From Halomicrobium mukohataei DSM 12286 (lineage in GTDB: Archaea > Halobacteriota > Halobacteria > Halobacteriales > Haloarculaceae): a stretch of DNA of 32,000 nucleotides. The stretch covers positions 2,130,001 to 2,162,000 of the forward strand of contig NC_013202.1 in the NCBI RefSeq assembly GCF_000023965.1. Reading direction: 5' to 3'. The notes beneath the pieces are model-generated. The model did not search any database and was not told where the DNA came from. It saw only the letters and a list, made by a program, of their open reading frames with translations. How positions within the stretch are numbered: the stretch's first letter is position 1; each line of letters opens with the position of its first letter. Below are positions 30,170 through 32,000 of the stretch, in pieces. The position numbers and the translations under genes were made by a program.

Positions 30170-30814
30170 ATGACGACAGACGACACATCCGACGATCGCG
30201 AGGACGAGGGCGACGACTTCGGCGAGGACCCGTTCGGCGACGACCCTTTCGACGAGGAACTGGACGACGACGTGGACGTACGCGAGCGACTGGAAGAGGA
30301 GGCCGACCGCGCCGTCGAGTCCTTCGACGAGGGGATCGTCGACCTGCTGTCGTGGGTACTGGACACGGAGACCCGGGCACGGATCTACGTCCACCTCCGG
30401 CAGCGTCCCGACAGTACGAGCGACGAGATCGCAGAGGGGACCGGACTGTACCCGAGCACCGTCCGAGAAGCGCTTGCGGAACTCCACGAGGAGGGGAAAG
30501 TCGCCCGCCAGAAACGCGAGAGCGACGGCGCGGGGAACAACCCCTACGAGTACGCCGCGATGGCTCCCAGCGACCTCGTGACTGACGTTGTCGACGAGGT
30601 TCAGTCGGAGCTCAACACCGTGTTCAACCTCGACAACTACCTGGGCGGTCGCGACCGCGACACCGAGGACACCGAGACCGAGCCGGTCACCATCAGCGTC
30701 AGTGACGAGGCCGACGACGAGGCCGACGACGAGACCGACGACGAGACCGACGACGAGACCGACGACGAGGCGACCGACAGCGACGACGACGCGGCCGCTG
30801 ACGACGACGAGTAG
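30170..30814 (+). CDS. Winged-helix transcriptional regulator with poly-acidic N- and C-terminal tails
   Basis: The central wHTH is 'TRARIYVHLRQRPDSTSDEIAEGTGLYPSTVREALAELHEEGKVARQ'. The N-terminal ~55 aa and C-terminal ~50 aa are almost entirely D/E/T. A TATA-like GTTTTAGT lies at about 30140-30147. Confidence 0.75.
   Translation: MTTDDTSDDREDEGDDFGEDPFGDDPFDEELDDDVDVRERLEEEADRAVESFDEGIVDLLSWVLDTETRARIYVHLRQRPDSTSDEIAEGTGLYPSTVREALAELHEEGKVARQKRESDGAGNNPYEYAAMAPSDLVTDVVDEVQSELNTVFNLDNYLGGRDRDTEDTETEPVTISVSDEADDEADDETDDETDDETDDEATDSDDDAAADDDE
30704..30775 (+). repeat. Tandem 12-nt coding repeat (GACGAG[G/A]CCGAC, ~6 copies) encoding (DE[A/T]D)n
   Basis: Read directly from the sequence: GACGAGGCCGAC x2, GACGAGACCGAC x3, then one degenerate copy. 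The repeat is in frame within the C-terminal tail of the 30170 gene. Confidence 0.85.
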
Positions 30815-30876
30815 CCCCCTCGTCTCGTACTGCCGGAGTCGAAGCCCCTAAATCGAGAGCCCTTCTGCCACGTTGT

Positions 30877-31365
30877 ATGAAGGTCGCGCTGGGTGGGACG
30901 TTCGATCCGATTCACGATGGTCACCGCGCGCTGTTCGAGCGTGCGTTCGAACTGGGCGACGTGACGGTCGGGCTGACCAGCGATGATCTCGCGCCCGAGC
31001 TCCGGAACGAAGACCGCTACGTCCGCTCCTTCGAGGAGCGCCGTCGGGACCTCGACGAGGAACTCGCCGACTTCGCCGCGGAGTACGACCGCGAGTACGA
31101 CGTCCGAGAGCTGACGGAACCGACCGGAATCGCCACCGAACCCCAGTTCGACGTACTGATCGTCTCTCCCGAGACCGAGACCGGTGGCAAGCGGATCAAC
31201 GAGATCCGAAGCGAGCGTGGCCACGACACGCTCGACATCGAGGTCGTCCCGCACGTCTACGCCGACGACGACGAGGTGATTTCGAGCACACGGATCGTCC
31301 GCGGCGAGATCGACCAGCACGGCAACGTCACGCCCGACCGAGACGGTCGCCCAGAACGGGCCTGA
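30877..31365 (+). CDS. coaD: Phosphopantetheine adenylyltransferase (archaeal type)
   Basis: It has 'KVALGGTFDPIHDGHRALFERA', a nucleotidyltransferase (T/H)xGH motif. The 162-aa length fits, and a TATA-like CTAAAT lies about 25-32 nt upstream. Confidence 0.85.
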   Translation: MKVALGGTFDPIHDGHRALFERAFELGDVTVGLTSDDLAPELRNEDRYVRSFEERRRDLDEELADFAAEYDREYDVRELTEPTGIATEPQFDVLIVSPETETGGKRINEIRSERGHDTLDIEVVPHVYADDDEVISSTRIVRGEIDQHGNVTPDRDGRPERA

Positions 31366-31426
31366 TTCTGCCGCCGTGCGGTTTCCGTGACCGGCCGAAC
31401 CTTTCGACGGAGTTCCGACGGCACGA

Positions 31427-31738
31427 TCACCAGTCCGGGGCGTCCAGCCCGGCGTCTTCGAGCAGTCCTTTCCACCGCTGTTGAATCGTCAGCCGAGACA
31501 CGTCCGCCGCGTCGGCGACGACGCGCTGTGACCGCTCCTGTCCGCTGACCAGCGCACCGACGTAGAGGCTCACCGCCATCACCGCACGCTTGGAGCGTTC
31601 CTCTTCGACCGGCATCGACGAGAGAAACAGGTCGACCGCTCGGGACCGTGCCGTCCCCTCCAGGTCGAGTCGATCTGCCGTCGCTTCGAGATTCTCCAGC
31701 CACTCCTCGTGTTCCCGCCGGTCGCTCGCGCGGTACAT
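31427..31738 (-). CDS. Short TFIIB-like protein with a single cyclin-fold/HTH repeat (103 aa)
   Basis: The start is set at the internal 'MYRASDRREHEEW' (ATG 31738), with a minus-strand TATA TTTAAG at about 31761-31768. 'ARSRAVDLFL...RSKRAVMAVSLYVGALVSGQERSQRVVADAADVSRLTIQQRWKGL' resembles one TFB cyclin repeat. Confidence 0.55.
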   Translation of the reverse strand: MYRASDRREHEEWLENLEATADRLDLEGTARSRAVDLFLSSMPVEEERSKRAVMAVSLYVGALVSGQERSQRVVADAADVSRLTIQQRWKGLLEDAGLDAPDW

Positions 31739-31863
31739 ACACCCTCGTTGGCCCCGATCGGACTTAAACGCTCGTCGATCTGTCGGCGACGATCTCACCG
31801 TCGTCGAACGGCTCGACGATCCGGACCCGCCGGCAGACGCCATCCGGGACCGCGCCGGAGAGC

Positions 31864-31871
31864 GTTAAGTA
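31864..31871 (+). promoter_or_regulatory. TATA-like box (GTTAAGTA) upstream of tRNA-Leu(TAG)
   Basis: It lies 31-38 nt upstream of the tRNA 5' end, the same spacing as at the other tRNA-Leu. Confidence 0.45.
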
Positions 31872-31901
31872 CTTGAACCGGTCGGGAATAGCCACTCCTG
31901 C

Positions 31902-31985
31902 GCGCGGGTAGCCAAGCACGGAAAAGGCGTAGCGCTTAGGACGCTATCCCGTAGGGGTCCGCCGGTTCAAATCCGGTCCCGCGCA
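31902..31985 (+). tRNA. tRNA-Leu (anticodon TAG)
   Basis: It folds as a cloverleaf: GCGCGGG acceptor stem, TAGCG/CTTAGGA/CGCTA anticodon arm (UAG), long variable arm TCCCGTAGGGGTCC, T-arm GCCGG TTCAAAT CCGGT, and discriminator A. Confidence 0.93.
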
Positions 31986-32000
31986 TGAGCGAACGGAGTG

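Noticed and set aside
30704-30775. The tandem 12-nt repeats, considered as a possible CRISPR-like or satellite array.
   Set aside because: There are no spacers. The repeats are contiguous, in frame and encode an acidic low-complexity tail, so this is a coding microsatellite and not a CRISPR array.

Overview
This window is a high-GC stretch of haloarchaeal (class Halobacteria) chromosome. The evidence is G/C-rich third codon positions, very acidic predicted proteins, TATA-like boxes about 25-32 nt upstream of most start codons (leaderless mRNAs), and archaeal marker genes (nop5-fibrillarin, archaeal PPAT, a TFB-like protein). I call 26 protein-coding genes and 2 tRNA-Leu genes (anticodons CAA and TAG). 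I see no rRNA, CRISPR array, transposase, integrase or prophage. Most genes are housekeeping: an IMPase-family phosphatase, an M14/AstE-family peptidase, UPF0179, DUF309, a Cry-DASH photolyase-family protein, an acyl-CoA synthetase, nop5-flpA, gshA and coaD. Three regions deserve attention. (1) The left edge (2-5737) holds an orphan YcaO locus: a fused E1-like/YcaO protein, a CHAT/caspase-like protein, a winged-helix protein and a glycoprotein-like polytopic membrane protein, with no visible precursor peptide or dehydrogenase. (2) 10933-14917 holds two tandem, colinear, soluble histidine-kinase paralogs with an unusual C-terminal jelly-roll (ConA/LamG-like) domain; the upstream copy has lost every catalytic motif, including His->Q in the H-box. 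(3) 15830-23539 holds a translationally coupled prkA-prkA'-yeaH(DUF444)-spoVR operon behind a long, AT-rich, hairpin-rich leader. The long antisense and alternate-frame ORFs in the track are high-GC artefacts. All family assignments come from motif recognition by eye, and no database search was run.
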